Part shown: piece by piece, positions 11,883 through 23,336 of the stretch
Numbering within the stretch: the first letter of the stretch is position 1
Layout: each line of letters opens with the position of its first letter
Source of the DNA: Prorocentrum cordatum
Taxonomy: Eukaryota
Reading direction: 5' to 3'
Length of the DNA: 64,000 nt
Assembly (NCBI GenBank): GCA_963575745.1
Contig: CAUYUJ010000207.1
Location: forward strand, 1 to 64,000
Made by a program: the position numbers and the translations under genes
Notes under the pieces: generated by a model
What the model was told of the DNA's origin: nothing
Seen by the model: the letters and a program-made list of their open reading frames with translations, nothing else
Database searches by the model: none

Positions 11883-14800
11883 CGGTGCCCTGGCAAGTGG
11901 CACGAACAATTGGCTGAGGTTGATCGCTCAATTTTCAGCTGGAACGTTCGTTTGCTAGGGATTGCACAATGCCACGAGATTTGCGCCCAGGTTTTCAATT
12001 CAAGCACTGTGATTCTCCTTCAAGAATGCCAGTTTGTCTCCGACCGTGTTGCTGAGGAACACGGTTGGAATCTTTGGCGCTCCTCTTGTGAGCGAGCTTG
12101 CGTGGGCCTCAGAGGTGTTTGGAAGGATGATGTCCAACACGAGGCCAGAGGCGACCGTTGGGTTGCCGTTGTTTGCTCTAATGCCATCTTTCTCTCTCTC
12201 TACTTGCCTCATAAGTATTTGCATGGAAAGTCTCGTGAGCAGTTTTTGCGTACGCTTAGTGTATACCAGGAAGTGCTGAGGGATGCAGCGCTCAATGTTG
12301 CCAGATTAAAAAAGCAGTTTCGAATTCAGGATGTTGTTTTAGGAACTGATGCTAACGTTGAGGTTGAGCCTCAGGTTTTCCACATGTCTCAGGCTGTCTC
12401 GGGTTCTAGTGTTGTTGGTGTGCCCATTGTCCCTCGTACGAGGGATGGCGGATTTCAGAGGCGATCTAAGGAGTTTGCCTTGGAACTCAGTGAGGCTCTT
12501 ACTTTCACTATGGGCACCCTGGGCCTCCAGTTGGCCAACACCTTCAACCCTACGAGGCTCCCTACCTGGCGCTCTGCTAAATGGGCTCACTACAGGCACC
12601 TACCTCGAGAACAGCAGTACTCTCATGTCTACGACTACATAGGTGTACCATCGTCTTGGGGAGCTCCTGAGGTCTCCGTCTTGTGGCCACAGCCGGGGGC
12701 AGCACATATGTCTGGGAGCTCGGCCTCGAGCTTTTGGAGTGATCATGGTCTGCTACACTTGCGTATCCCTGCTCGTGTCTTGCCTCGTCGAGTTGTGCGT
12801 CCCGATCCTGTCCGCAACACACGTTGGCACGTTCAGTCTCATCGTGTACCTATTTTGCGCTATGCAGTTGATGCAGCCCTGGTGTCTGGCAACAGCCGGA
12901 CAGATCAGACCGATTGGAGTGGACACACGGGTCTCTCGCCCACGGAGCTAGGTGACAAGATCCGACAGCCTTGTGAGGAAATCGGCGGGGTCCCCACCAA
13001 AGCCGACCTTACCCCGAAAGTTTCTGAGCAGTATGTTGCCGCTCGGGAGGCTGCACTTGAGATGAGGAGGAAGAGAAATAAGGGTGAATGCACGGAGGAG
13101 GAGTTCAAGAAGGCGAGGAGGAGGTACAGATATGAGAGGAGGAAGCATGGGAGGAATATCTTGGAGTATGAGTTCCGTCCAGGCCTACAGCATCGGACAT
13201 ACCTTAAGACGCTCAAGGTTGAGGGAGTGCACACTTGGGACAAGTCTAAGTGGGAGATGGCCCTCAGAGCGCACGGTTTGGCCATGTACACTGATGAACA
13301 TGAGCGTGCACGCACAAACAGTAAGCTGGAGGAGATGAGGAAGAGGTTGCAGGAGGCTTCAGGCAAAATAAGAGCAGAGGAGAAAATTGAAGCACAGGTT
13401 GAGACAAGATGGCCGGCGCGCCTGACAAGACCTCTGCGCGAATACCAGCCTATCGATATCGGCCTGCTCATGCGTGCTAGGTCTCGTCTTCGTTCAGGAA
13501 AGGCCGTAGGTAAGGACAACATCAGCGTCTCCATGCTTAAGCACATCCCTTGGTCAGGTTGTCTTCAAGTCTTGCGGTGCTTTCAGCAGCTGTTTATGCG
13601 CGAGTATTGCACACCCACAGAATGGCGCCATATATGTATACAGCTGATGCCGAAGTCTGTGAAGACTTGCGAATTCAATGACACACGAGCTTTGTCATTA
13701 TTATCTTGCCTGTCAAAATGGTATATGTCATGTCTCACCTTGTTGGCCGTGGACCATCTCAAACGGAGTGTTGCCCTCGAGGTCATGCTCTTCGGGTTTG
13801 TTGCTGGAAGACGGACACACGAGATTACTGGTGGTTTGAAGAGAGTTGCTCAGCACGCGACGGAATGGGGGAAGTCATATTGTGTGCACATGGCGAGCTT
13901 AGACGTGTATCGTGCTTTTGATAACGTACAGGTGGCCGACGTTGCTGACTGCCTGGAGGAGTTGAGGTTCCCACCTGAACTTAGTTATGCGCTCGTGGAG
14001 GGCCTAGCTGAGAACAGGGCCGATTTATCCTTCCAGCAGGTGGACGTATCGGACATAGCTTGGGATAGTTGTATCCGCACAGGTAGTGTTGAGGCTCCGC
14101 TCTTTTGGCTGTGTGAGAGTGTGCTCATGTTCCGTCCTGTGGTATTGAGTTGGCAGGAGCGGGGGATGGGAGTGCAGTTGACGCAGCAGGCAGGGACTCG
14201 TCATCTTACACATGCGATTTGGGCCGACAATGTTCTGTTGTGTGCCAGAGATCAGAGCGAGTTGACGACCATGATTGCGGAGATCAGTGTCCCACTTTAT
14301 CACAGAAAGTACAGATGGAAACCGAGTAGCTTGCAGTTTATTCGCTTTGGCTATGATGAGCCTGGGATTGAGAGTTTGGATGTCTCCTTTGCGTTGCCGA
14401 ATTCCCTGGACAAGCGTCAGAGAGTGACTATAACGTTGCAGCGGACAGATCGTTTGGAAATACTTGGCACGATTCTTGAAAACAGCATGCGACAACATGA
14501 GGACTTAAATCATCGGATTTCTCTCGCTCAAAAGGCGTTTTGGCAAGATAAGAGGTATTACATGTGCCAGGGTATTAAGTTGAAGAAAAGATTGCGGCGA
14601 TATGACTCACGTGTAAGAAGCCGATTATTGTTTGCAGTGGAAGGGATGACAGCTGACAAAAATGCGATTGAATCAATTCATGCGTTTGAAGGCCGCTTAC
14701 TTTCGAAGATGGTGTGGAGACGGAAACGTGACACTGAGAGTTGGCCACAGTTTTTTCAGAGCGTGTACTTGACGGGGCGGAAAGCACTCAGGACAGCTCA

Positions 14801-16325
14801 GATGCCGAGTGCAGTTCAGCTCTTTCTTTTCAAACAGTGGAGTTGGGCAAAGGATGTGGCGACGACAACTGCTCAAAACGGGATCCGCCGAGTTGATGAC
14901 GCCCAGCCTACAATTGATCCAATGGAAATGGGTGGTGCAGTGTCTCTTGATATGGATGGGATGTCTCAGGATGCGGGTGCTACTGTACCGATTACCACGG
15001 ACTTGATGTCTCAGAATGCGGGTGCGGTCGTACCGATTACCACGGGTTCGAGGTCTTTGAATGCGGGTGCTGCTGTACCGATTATCGGAGATCTGAAACG
15101 ACGGAGGGTGACTATTATTGTGGCCCCTGTCCTTACTGCCCGGGGGGACCTCACCGTTGCTCTGCCAGAGGGTCAGGAGAACAGCGCCACGACTCAGAAC
15201 CGACGACGGCTTATCTCTCAGGCGTCCCGTGCTGCTGCCAAAAGGAGCAGGAATGCTCCCACATCATCAACGCCATCATCATCATCTGCCCCTACACCTG
15301 CGCCAGCAGCCATACGAAGAAGGTTTCGAAGTGATATGGTTGGGGTGAGTACGGACGACCCTTTCTTGCAGGCTCGTTACACGATGATGCATGCCGCCAG
15401 CCCGTGGACACAGCAGATGGATGCCGTTATTCGCACATATAATTCGCAGGAAGCACGATCCTTTACACGTCGAAGGGAAGGTGGGAAAACGGTGGGACTT
15501 CGTCCGTGGGGCTTGCCATTCGAGACGGTGGGTGGAGATGCTTGGTATGATACTCTTGAGTGGACTCAGGCAGGGTGGAGATGTTTTATCCGTACGTTGC
15601 TTTCGGAATGGGACCTACAACATGTTTTAGTGTATGCTCACCTGCCTGAACCAAAACCCTGGAGGCCGAAAAACGACGAGGAGGAGGCGGAGGGGACGGA
15701 GGAGAGAAATAATGAGATTGCAAAGCGGCTCGCCTTTAACTTCGAGAATGCCAGCGTCTGGAACTATGAGGCTGAAGGGATTCCCGTCGAGCTCTGTGGT
15801 GACTCGCAGGTGGTGGTGAACTGGCTGGTGGGACAATATGTATGTACGACGGAAGTGTATTGTGAGACCATTGCGCACATTCAGAGTATATTATACAGAT
15901 TACACTTGAACTACCGCGTGAACCTGAGGCCGCCGTCTTGGGGTTTAGATCCTTGGAAGTGGTTTTATCGTGAGGGAAACGAGCGTGCTGATGCTGAAAC
16001 TTGGAAGGCCCGCACGGGCCAGAACCATCGTACTTTCGACCCGTGCATTCATACTCTCAGAAGGGAACAAATAAAGGGGATTCGCGGCTACTTCGATGGT
16101 GGTCGTTCCTCCCACGGTGTTGGCATTGGTTGGGTTATTGACTTATTCGTGCTCCCCCTCCCTGCTCTTCAACACTCTCAAGGCTCTTGGCTATTCAGTA
16201 TAGCCTCGGAGGCTGCCGCCATCCCGCCGACCTGCACGGTTAGTCAAGCTGAGCTCTTGGCCAGCAAGCGCCTCGCTGAAGGTGTTGAGCACCTGCTGCT
16301 CCTCTGCTGCGGACCTGAATCCTGA
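11883..16325 (+). CDS. LINE ORF2 polyprotein: APE endonuclease, reverse transcriptase (WADN), circularly permuted RNase H
   Basis: Open frame of about 1480 codons. APE motifs: SWNV, LQE, YLP, DAN, DY, SDH. RT motifs: GKAVGKD, LMPK..RALSLL, FGF, LDVYRAFD, IRTG, WADN. RNase H motifs in the order GDS, REGNERAD, FDGG, AE. Confidence 0.93.
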   Translation, partial: RCPGKWHEQLAEVDRSIFSWNVRLLGIAQCHEICAQVFNSSTVILLQECQFVSDRVAEEHGWNLWRSSCERACVGLRGVWKDDVQHEARGDRWVAVVCSNAIFLSLYLPHKYLHGKSREQFLRTLSVYQEVLRDAALNVARLKKQFRIQDVVLGTDANVEVEPQVFHMSQAVSGSSVVGVPIVPRTRDGGFQRRSKEFALELSEALTFTMGTLGLQLANTFNPTRLPTWRSAKWAHYRHLPREQQYSHVYDYIGVPSSWGAPEVSVLWPQPGAAHMSGSSASSFWSDHGLLHLRIPARVLPRRVVRPDPVRNTRWHVQSHRVPILRYAVDAALVSGNSRTDQTDWSGHTGLSPTELGDKIRQPCEEIGGVPTKADLTPKVSEQYVAAREAALEMRRKRNKGECTEEEFKKARRRYRYERRKHGRNILEYEFRPGLQHRTYLKTLKVEGVHTWDKSKWEMALRAHGLAMYTDEHERARTNSKLEEMRKRLQEASGKIRAEEKIEAQVETRWPARLTRPLREYQPIDIGLLMRARSRLRSGKAVGKDNISVSMLKHIPWSGCLQVLRCFQQLFMREYCTPTEWRHICIQLMPKSVKTCEFNDTRALSLLSCLSKWYMSCLTLLAVDHLKRSVALEVMLFGFVAGRRTHEITGGLKRVAQHATEWGKSYCVHMASLDVYRAFDNVQVADVADCLEELRFPPELSYALVEGLAENRADLSFQQVDVSDIAWDSCIRTGSVEAPLFWLCESVLMFRPVVLSWQERGMGVQLTQQAGTRHLTHAIWADNVLLCARDQSELTTMIAEISVPLYHRKYRWKPSSLQFIRFGYDEPGIESLDVSFALPNSLDKRQRVTITLQRTDRLEILGTILENSMRQHEDLNHRISLAQKAFWQDKRYYMCQGIKLKKRLRRYDSRVRSRLLFAVEGMTADKNAIESIHAFEGRLLSKMVWRRKRDTESWPQFFQSVYLTGRKALRTAQMPSAVQLFLFKQWSWAKDVATTTAQNGIRRVDDAQPTIDPMEMGGAVSLDMDGMSQDAGATVPITTDLMSQNAGAVVPITTGSRSLNAGAAVPIIGDLKRRRVTIIVAPVLTARGDLTVALPEGQENSATTQNRRRLISQASRAAAKRSRNAPTSSTPSSSSAPTPAPAAIRRRFRSDMVGVSTDDPFLQARYTMMHAASPWTQQMDAVIRTYNSQEARSFTRRREGGKTVGLRPWGLPFETVGGDAWYDTLEWTQAGWRCFIRTLLSEWDLQHVLVYAHLPEPKPWRPKNDEEEAEGTEERNNEIAKRLAFNFENASVWNYEAEGIPVELCGDSQVVVNWLVGQYVCTTEVYCETIAHIQSILYRLHLNYRVNLRPPSWGLDPWKWFYREGNERADAETWKARTGQNHRTFDPCIHTLRREQIKGIRGYFDGGRSSHGVGIGWVIDLFVLPLPALQHSQGSWLFSIASEAAAIPPTCTVSQAELLASKRLAEGVEHLLLLCCGPES

Positions 16326-17500
16326 GCGGGGGCTCCTCTGTCCCTGTGGGCTCCGAGCAAAGCAAAAACAAAGGTTGACGGTTTACCGCCGGCGCCCAGT
16401 CTGCTGCCCGAGCTATGTACGCGAAACTATCTGTGTTGTTCGAGTCATTTTGAGAGGTGCTGTCAGCTTTCTGCACCTAACTCGGGCTCTAGGGGGGCCA
16501 CAAGGGTTCGTACTCACAGGGATCGATTCAGAGACATCAGGCGCGTCTGTCTGCCAAATCGAGGGCCCGAGCTCGGCCTGATATTCGCGAGACTATTTGT
16601 ATTGTTCGAGTGATCTTGAGAGATGCTGTCGATTTTCGCTCGTAACTCGGGCTGGAGCAGAGCTACGGAGCAGAAGCATGAAGGGCGTGCGGCTGTTGCA
16701 TCGAGAGGTCTCAAATCGCTTAGGCTGAAAAACTGTTCTTTCTTTGTAATTTTTTTCGACATTAAATGTGATGAGGAAGCTCTACGAGTCTCCCGGCGGT
16801 AAGAAAGGTTGACGGTTTACCGCCGGCGCCCAGTGGTGACTTTGGGTCGGTTTTGATCAGATTTGAAAGATATTCGACAGTTGCTTTTGAGAAAGCAGAT
16901 TTTTACGTCGAGCATTGGCATATAAACTTCGTTGCCGGCGCCAGTAATTCCGGCGCGGTGGAGAGCTAGTTGGGAAGAAAAAACTCGACGGATTTTTTGC
17001 TGACTTTTGGTCGGTTGAAAATTTTGTTCTCGAAATTCAACAATTCGTTTCAGCTCCAGTATTTTTTTCGAACATATTCGACCTTATTCCCGCTCGCCTT
17101 CTCATTCTCAGCTCGATCGGGTAAATATCTCTGCCAAAAAGCATCGCGGCGGGATCGGCTGTTTCGAGTCATCTTGATACGCGTTGTCAGTATTTTGTAC
17201 TCAACTCGAGCTGTAGGGCAGCTACAGAGCATCGATTGCGAATCATCAGGCGCGTTCGTCTGTTCCATCTAGAGGTCTGAACTCGGTCTGCTGCCCGAGC
17301 TAGAATCGCGAAACTATTCGTGTTGTTCGAGTCATCTTGAGAGGTGCTGTCAGTTTCCTGCACTTAACTCAGGCTGTAGGGCGGCTACAGGGCTGGTAAT
17401 CACAGGAATCGATTCAGAGACATCAGGCGTGTCCGTCTGCCGAACCCAGAGCTCAGAACTCGGTGTGCTGCTCGAGCTAGATCCACAAAACTATGCGTAT

Positions 17501-18034
17501 TACCTCGTAGAGCTCTTCAGCAAAGAGCTAAGAGGAATTCCGGCGCAGAGTAGAGCTAGTTGGCCGGCCCGACCAAAAGAGAGGATGTGGTAACCTGGAG
17601 TCGTTTTTTTTTACTGTGTGCAAAGATTTGAAGTTTGTTTTCAGAAGTGAGATTTTCATTATCTGTAGTTTGATATGGCGTATTCGATGGTTAAAGTTTT
17701 ATAGCTCTAGGTGCAGTATTACTATCAAATCACTTGGAGGAACCGACTTTGTATTAACATTAAAAAATGCGTTTGCCTGCGTAATCTGATAAGGTTTTCG
17801 TTGAACGAAGAGTTATGATGCGTTTGTCAGTCGAATTCTCAGATCCGTTAGATGCAGTATTACTATGAAACTTGGAGGAACTGATTCGATGAGAACCGAA
17901 AAATCGTAATTTTTCGAATTTCCTGGCTCTCGCTTCAGAGCTCCCTTCATGTGTTCCGAGGAGCGCTGTGCAAGAGAAGAGCTCTACGAGGTGCCCGGCG
18001 GTAACCTGGTTGACGGTATGCCGCCGGTTCCCAG
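17501..18034 (+). mobile_element. Helitron2-like family B element (with internal duplication)
   Basis: Runs TACCTCGTAGAGCTC ... GAGCTCTACGAGGT, hairpin, TTCCCAG. Interrupts a 178-bp monomer after CGTAT. Confidence 0.72.
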
Positions 18035-18938
18035 TCGTCGATTCATCTTGAGAGGTGCTGTCCGTTTTCTGCACTTAACTCGAGCTGTAAGGGGGGCTGC
18101 AGGGCTGGTAATCACTGGAATCGATTTGGAGACATCAGTCGCGTCCACCTGTCGCATTCAGAGCCCTGAAATCGGCCTGCTGCCCGAGCTAGGTCCTCGA
18201 AACTATTCGTATTGTTCGAGTCATCTTCAGAGGTGCTGCCGATTTTCTGCACTTAACTCGGGCTGTAAGGGGGCTGCAGGGCTGGTAATCACAGGAATCG
18301 ATTCGGAGACATCAGGCGCGTCCGCCTGTTGCATTCAGATGTCTGAACTCGGTCTGATACTAGATTCGCGAAACTATTTGTATTGTTCGAGTGATCTTGA
18401 GAGGTGCTGTAGATTTTCGCACGTAGCTCGGGCTGTAGGAGAGCTACGGAGCTCGTGCGCACAGACAACGATCCAGAAGCATGAGGGGCGTTTGGCTGTT
18501 GCATCGAGAGGTTTGAAATCGTTTAGGCTGAAAAACTATTCGTTCTCTGCAATTTTTTTCGACATTATATATGGTCAGGAAGCTCTACGAGTCCCCCGGC
18601 GGTAAGGAAGGTTGACGGTTTACCGCCGGCGCCCAGTAATTCCGGGGCGCTGGAGAGCTAGTTGGCAAGAAAAATCTCGACGGTCCTTTTGGTGACTTTT
18701 GGTGGGTTTTTTTTTGTTCTCGAAATTCAACCATTCGTTAGAGCTCTAATATTTTTTCCAGTGATATTCGATCTTATTCCCGCTCGCCATCTTGATCTCA
18801 GCTCGATCGGGTACCTTTTACTGCCAAAAAGCACTGCGGCGGGATCGGCCGTTTCGTGTACCTTTTACCGCCAAAAAGCACTGCGGCGGGATCGGCCGTT
18901 TCGAGTCATCTTGATAGGCTCTGTCGGTATATTGGACT

Positions 18939-20028
18939 TAACTCGTAGAGCTTCCCTTAGCCAGTTGTTGCTGGAAGCTTAAGAGTAATTCCGGGGCGCT
19001 GGAGAGCTAGTTGGCAAGAAAAATCTCGACGGACCTTTTGGTGACTTTTGGTCGGTTGCAAATTTTGTTCTCAAAATTTGAACATTCGTTAGAGCTCTAG
19101 TAGTTTTTTCCCGTGTTATTCGATCTTATTCCCGCTCGCCATCTTGATCTCAGCTCGATCGGGTACCTTTTACTGCCAAAAAGCAGGCAGGCGGGATCGG
19201 CCGTTTCGGGTCATCTTGATACGCGATGACGGTTTTCTGAAGATAACTCGAGCTTCAGGACAGCTACAGAGCTGGTAAGCACAGCTAATCGATCCAGAAT
19301 GATCAGGCGCGTTCGCCTGTGGAATCTAGAGCTCTGAACTCGGTCTGCTAGCCGAGCTATGTCCGCAAACCTATTCGTATCATTCGGGTCATCTTGACAG
19401 ACGCTCCCGGTTTTCTGTACTTAACTCGAGCTATAGGACAGCTACAGAGGTGATGCTTACAGAAACCGATTCCGAATCATCAAGAGCTCTCAACTCGGTC
19501 TGCCGCTCGATCCAGAATCGCGAAATTTATCGTATTGTTCGAGGTATCTTGAGAAGTGCTCTCGGTTTTCTGCACTCAACTCGGGCTGGGGGGGGGGGGG
19601 GGGCACAGTGCTGGTGGTCACATGAATCGATTCGAAGACATCAGGCGCGTCCGCCTGTCGAATTCAGAGCTCGGAACTCGCTGGCCGAACTAGTCCGCGA
19701 AACTATTCTATTGTTCGAGTCATCATGAGAGGTTCGATTTACGCACGTAACTCGGGCTGTAGGGTGGCTGCAGGGCTGGTAATCACAGGAGTCGATTCGC
19801 AGACATCAGACGCGTCCGCCCACTCAGAGGTCTGAACTCGGTTTGATACTCGAGCTGGGTTGCCAAACTCGAGCATCGGGGGCGTTCGGCTGTTGCATCG
19901 AGAGGTCTGAAATCGCTTGGGCTGAAAACTATTCGTTCTCTGCATTTTTGTCCACATTATATGTTGTCAGGAAGCTCTACGAGTCCCCCGGCGGTAAGAA
20001 AGGTTGACGGTTTACCGCCGGCGCCCAG
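18939..20028 (+). mobile_element. Helitron2/Helentron-like non-autonomous element, family A (empty hairpin)
   Basis: 15-bp subterminal inverted repeat at 18941-18955 and 19970-19984, then the hairpin and CCCAG. Flanks rejoin ATTGGACT|TAACTCGAGATA. Confidence 0.8.
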
Positions 20029-22122
20029 TAACTCGAGATAGAGGACAGCTACAGAGCTGGTAAGCACACCTTATCGATTCAGAATGATCAGGCGCTCTCG
20101 TCTGTTGCATCCAGAGGTCTGAACTCGGTCTGCTAGCCGAGCTAGGTCCGCAAACCTATTCGTATTATTCGAGTCATCTTGACAGGCGCTCTCGGTTTTC
20201 TGTACCTAAATCGAGCTATAGGACAGCTACAGAGCTCATACGTACAGCAATCGATTGAGAATCATCAGTCGCGTTCGTCTGTTGAATCCAGAGCTTTGAA
20301 CTCGGTCTGCTGCCCGATCCAGAATCGCGAAACTGTTCGTATTGTTCGAGTCATCTTGAGAGGTGCTGTCGGTTTTCTGTACTTAACTCTGGGTGTAGGG
20401 GGCTTACAGTGCTGATGGTGACAGCAATCGATTTGGAGACATCAGGCGCGTCCGCCTGTGAAACCCAGAGCTCGGAACTCGCTCTGCTGCCGGAACTAGG
20501 TCTGCGAAACTGTTCGTATTGTTCGAGTCATCCTAGAAGATGCTGTCGGCTTTCTGCACTTAACTCGGGCTGTAGGGGGGCTGCAGTTCTGGCAATCACA
20601 GGAATCGATTCGGAGAGATCAGACGCGTCCGCCTGTCGCATTCAGAGGTCTAAACTCGGCCTGATACTCGAGCTGGCTTTGCCAAACTATCCGTTTTGTT
20701 CGAGTCATCTTGAGAGGTGCTGTCGACCAACGCACGTAACTCGGGCTGTTGGAGAGCTACAGAGCTCGTACAGAAGACAATCCAGAAGCATCGGGGGGCG
20801 TTCGGCTGTTGCATCGAGAGGTCTGAAATCGCTTAGGCTGAAAAACTATTCGTTCTCTGCATTTTTTCGACATTATATGTTGTCAGGAAGCTCTACGAGT
20901 CCCCCGGCGGTAAGAAAGGTTGACGGTTTACCGCCGGCGCCCAGTAATTCCGGGGCGCTGGAGAGCTAGTTGGCAAGAAAAATCTCGACGGACCTTTTGG
21001 TGTTTTTTGGTCGGTTGAAAATTTTGTTCTCGAAATTCAACCATTCGTTAGAGCTCTAGTATTTTTTCCCGTGATATTCGACCTTATTCCCGCTCGCCAT
21101 CTTGATCTCAGCTCGATCTGGTAGCTTTTACTGCCAAAAAGCACTGCAGCGGGATCGGCCGTTTCGAGTCATCTTGATACGCGCTCTCGGTATATTGGAT
21201 TTAACTCGAGATACAGGACAGCTACAGAGCTGGTAAGCACACCTTATCGATTCAGACTGATCAGGCGCGTTCGTCTGTTGCATCCAGAGGTCTGAACTCG
21301 GTCTGCTAGCCGAGCTAGGCCCGCAAACCTATTTGTATTATTCGAGTCATCTTGACAGGCGCTCTCGGTTTTCTGTACTTCACTCGAGCTATATGACAGC
21401 TACAGAGCTGATACCTACAGAAACCGATTGAGAATCATCAGTCGCGTTTGTCTGTTGAATCCAGAGCTCTGAACTCGGTCTGCTGCCCGATCTAGAATCG
21501 CGAAACTATTCGTATGGTTCGAGTCATCTTGAGAGGTACTGCCGGTTTTCTGTACTTAACTCGGGTTGTAGGAAGGCTAGAATGCTGGTAATCACAGCAA
21601 TCGATTTGGAGACATCAGGCGCGTCCGTCTGTCGAATCCAGAGCTCGGAACTCGGTCTGCTGCCCGAATAGGTCCGCGAAACTATTCGTATTGTTCGAGT
21701 CATCCTGAGAGGTGCTGTCGGTTTTCTGCACTTTAACTCCGGCTGTAGGGGGGGCTGCAGGGCTGGTAATCACAGGAATCGATTCGGAGACATCAGACGC
21801 GTCCGCCTGTCGGTCTGATACTCGAGCTAGATTTGCCAAACTATTCGTACCATTGAGTCATCTTGAGAGGTGCTGTCGATTTACGCACGTACCTCGGGCT
21901 GTAGGAGAGCTACAGAGCTCGTACAGAAGACAATCCAGAAGCATCGGGGGCGTTCGGCTGTTGCATCGAGAGGTCTGAAATCGCTTGGGCTGAAAAACTA
22001 TTCGTTCTCTGCATTTTTTTCGACATTATACATTGTCAGGAAGCTCTACGAGTCCCCCAGCGGTAAGAAAGGTTGACGGTTTACCGCCGGCGCCCAGTAA
22101 TTCCGGCGCGCTGGAGAGCTAG

Positions 22123-23336
22123 TAACTCGTAGAGCTCCCCTTAGCTAGTTGTTGGAAGCTTAAGAGTAATTCCGGCGCGCTGGAGAGCTAGTTGGCAAGA
22201 AAAATCTCGACGGACCTTTTGCTGACTTTTGGTCGGTTAAACATTTTGTTCTCGAAATTCAACAATTCGTTTGACCTCTAGTATTATTTCTGACCATATT
22301 CGATCTATTCCCGCTCGCCTTCTTAATCTCAGCTCGATCGGGTAAATATTTCTGCCAAAAAGCGTCGCGGCGGGATCGGCTGTTTCGAGTCATCTTGATA
22401 CGCGTTGTCGGTATTTTGTTCTTAACTGGAGCTGTAGGGCAGCTAGAGAGCTCATTCTCACAGGAATCGATTTCGAATCCTCAAGCACGTTCGTCTGTTT
22501 CATCTAGAGGTCTTAACTTGGTCTGATGCCCGAGCTAGGTTCGCGAAACTATTCGTATTGTTCGAGTCATCTTGAGAGGTGCTCTTAGTTTTCTGCACTT
22601 AACTCGGGCTGTGGGGAGGCTATGGGGCTCGTACGCACAGAAATCGATTCGGAGACACCAGGCGCGTCCGCCTGCCAAATGCAGAGCTCAGAACTCGGTG
22701 CGCTGCCGGAGCTAGGTTCGCAAAACTGTTCATATTCCTCGAGTCATCTTGAGAGTTGCTGTATTTTTTCTGCAAGCTCGAGCTGTAAGGGGGCTGCAGG
22801 GCTGATAATCACTGGAATCGATTCGGAGACATCAACCGCTTCCACTTGTCGCATTCAGAGCTCTGAACTCGGTCGGCTGCCCGAGCTAGATCCGGGAAAC
22901 TATTCGTATTGTTCGAGTCATCTTCAGAGGTGCTGTCGGTTTTCTGCACTTAACTCGGGCTGTAAGGGGGGCTGCAGGGCTGGTAATCACAGGAATCGAT
23001 TCGGAGACATCAGGCGCGTCCGCCTGTCGCATTCAGAGGTCTGAACTCGGTCTGATACTCGAGCTAGATTCGCGAAACTATTTGTACCATCGAGTCATCT
23101 TGAGAGGTGCTGTCGGTTTTCGCACGTAACTCGGGCTGTAGGAGAGCTACGAAGCTCGTGCGCACAGAACACGATCCAGCAGCATGAGGGGCGTTTGGCT
23201 GTTGCATCGAGAGGTCTGAATTCGCTTAGGCTGAACAAATATTCGTTCTCCGCAATTTTTTACATTATATATGGTCAGGAAGCTTTACGAGTCCCCCGGC
23301 GGTAAGAAAGGTTGACGGTTTACCGCCGGCGCCCAG
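22123..23336 (+). mobile_element. Helitron2-like family A element
   Basis: Same termini. Flanks rejoin GAGAGCTAG|CTGGCAAGAAAAATC. Confidence 0.75.

Larger units (their letters stand above)
10400..16366 (+). mobile_element. Full-length, intact non-LTR retrotransposon LINE-2 (family A)
   Basis: TSD AACAAAGGTTG at 10389-10399 and 16367-16377. Both ORFs are open. The 3' stem-loop and GCAAAGCAAAA tail are present. Confidence 0.95.
9210..16399 (+). mobile_element. Helitron2/Helentron-like non-autonomous element (family A), carrying LINE-2 in its 3' hairpin
   Basis: Runs TAACTCGTAGAGCTTCC ... GCGCCCAG. Removing it rejoins CTCGG|TCTGCTGCCCG of the 178-bp repeat with no TSD. Confidence 0.75.

Noticed and set aside
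12905..13546. Antisense ORFs over LINE coding regions (also 4933-5547, 28707-29528, 44080-44640, 61385-61993)
   Set aside because: They are shadows of the sense ORFs, are not conserved between families and have no motifs.
2470..16366. LINE-1 and LINE-2 as LTRs or a segmental duplication
   Set aside because: Each has its own TSD and different flanks. No protease or integrase motifs are present.
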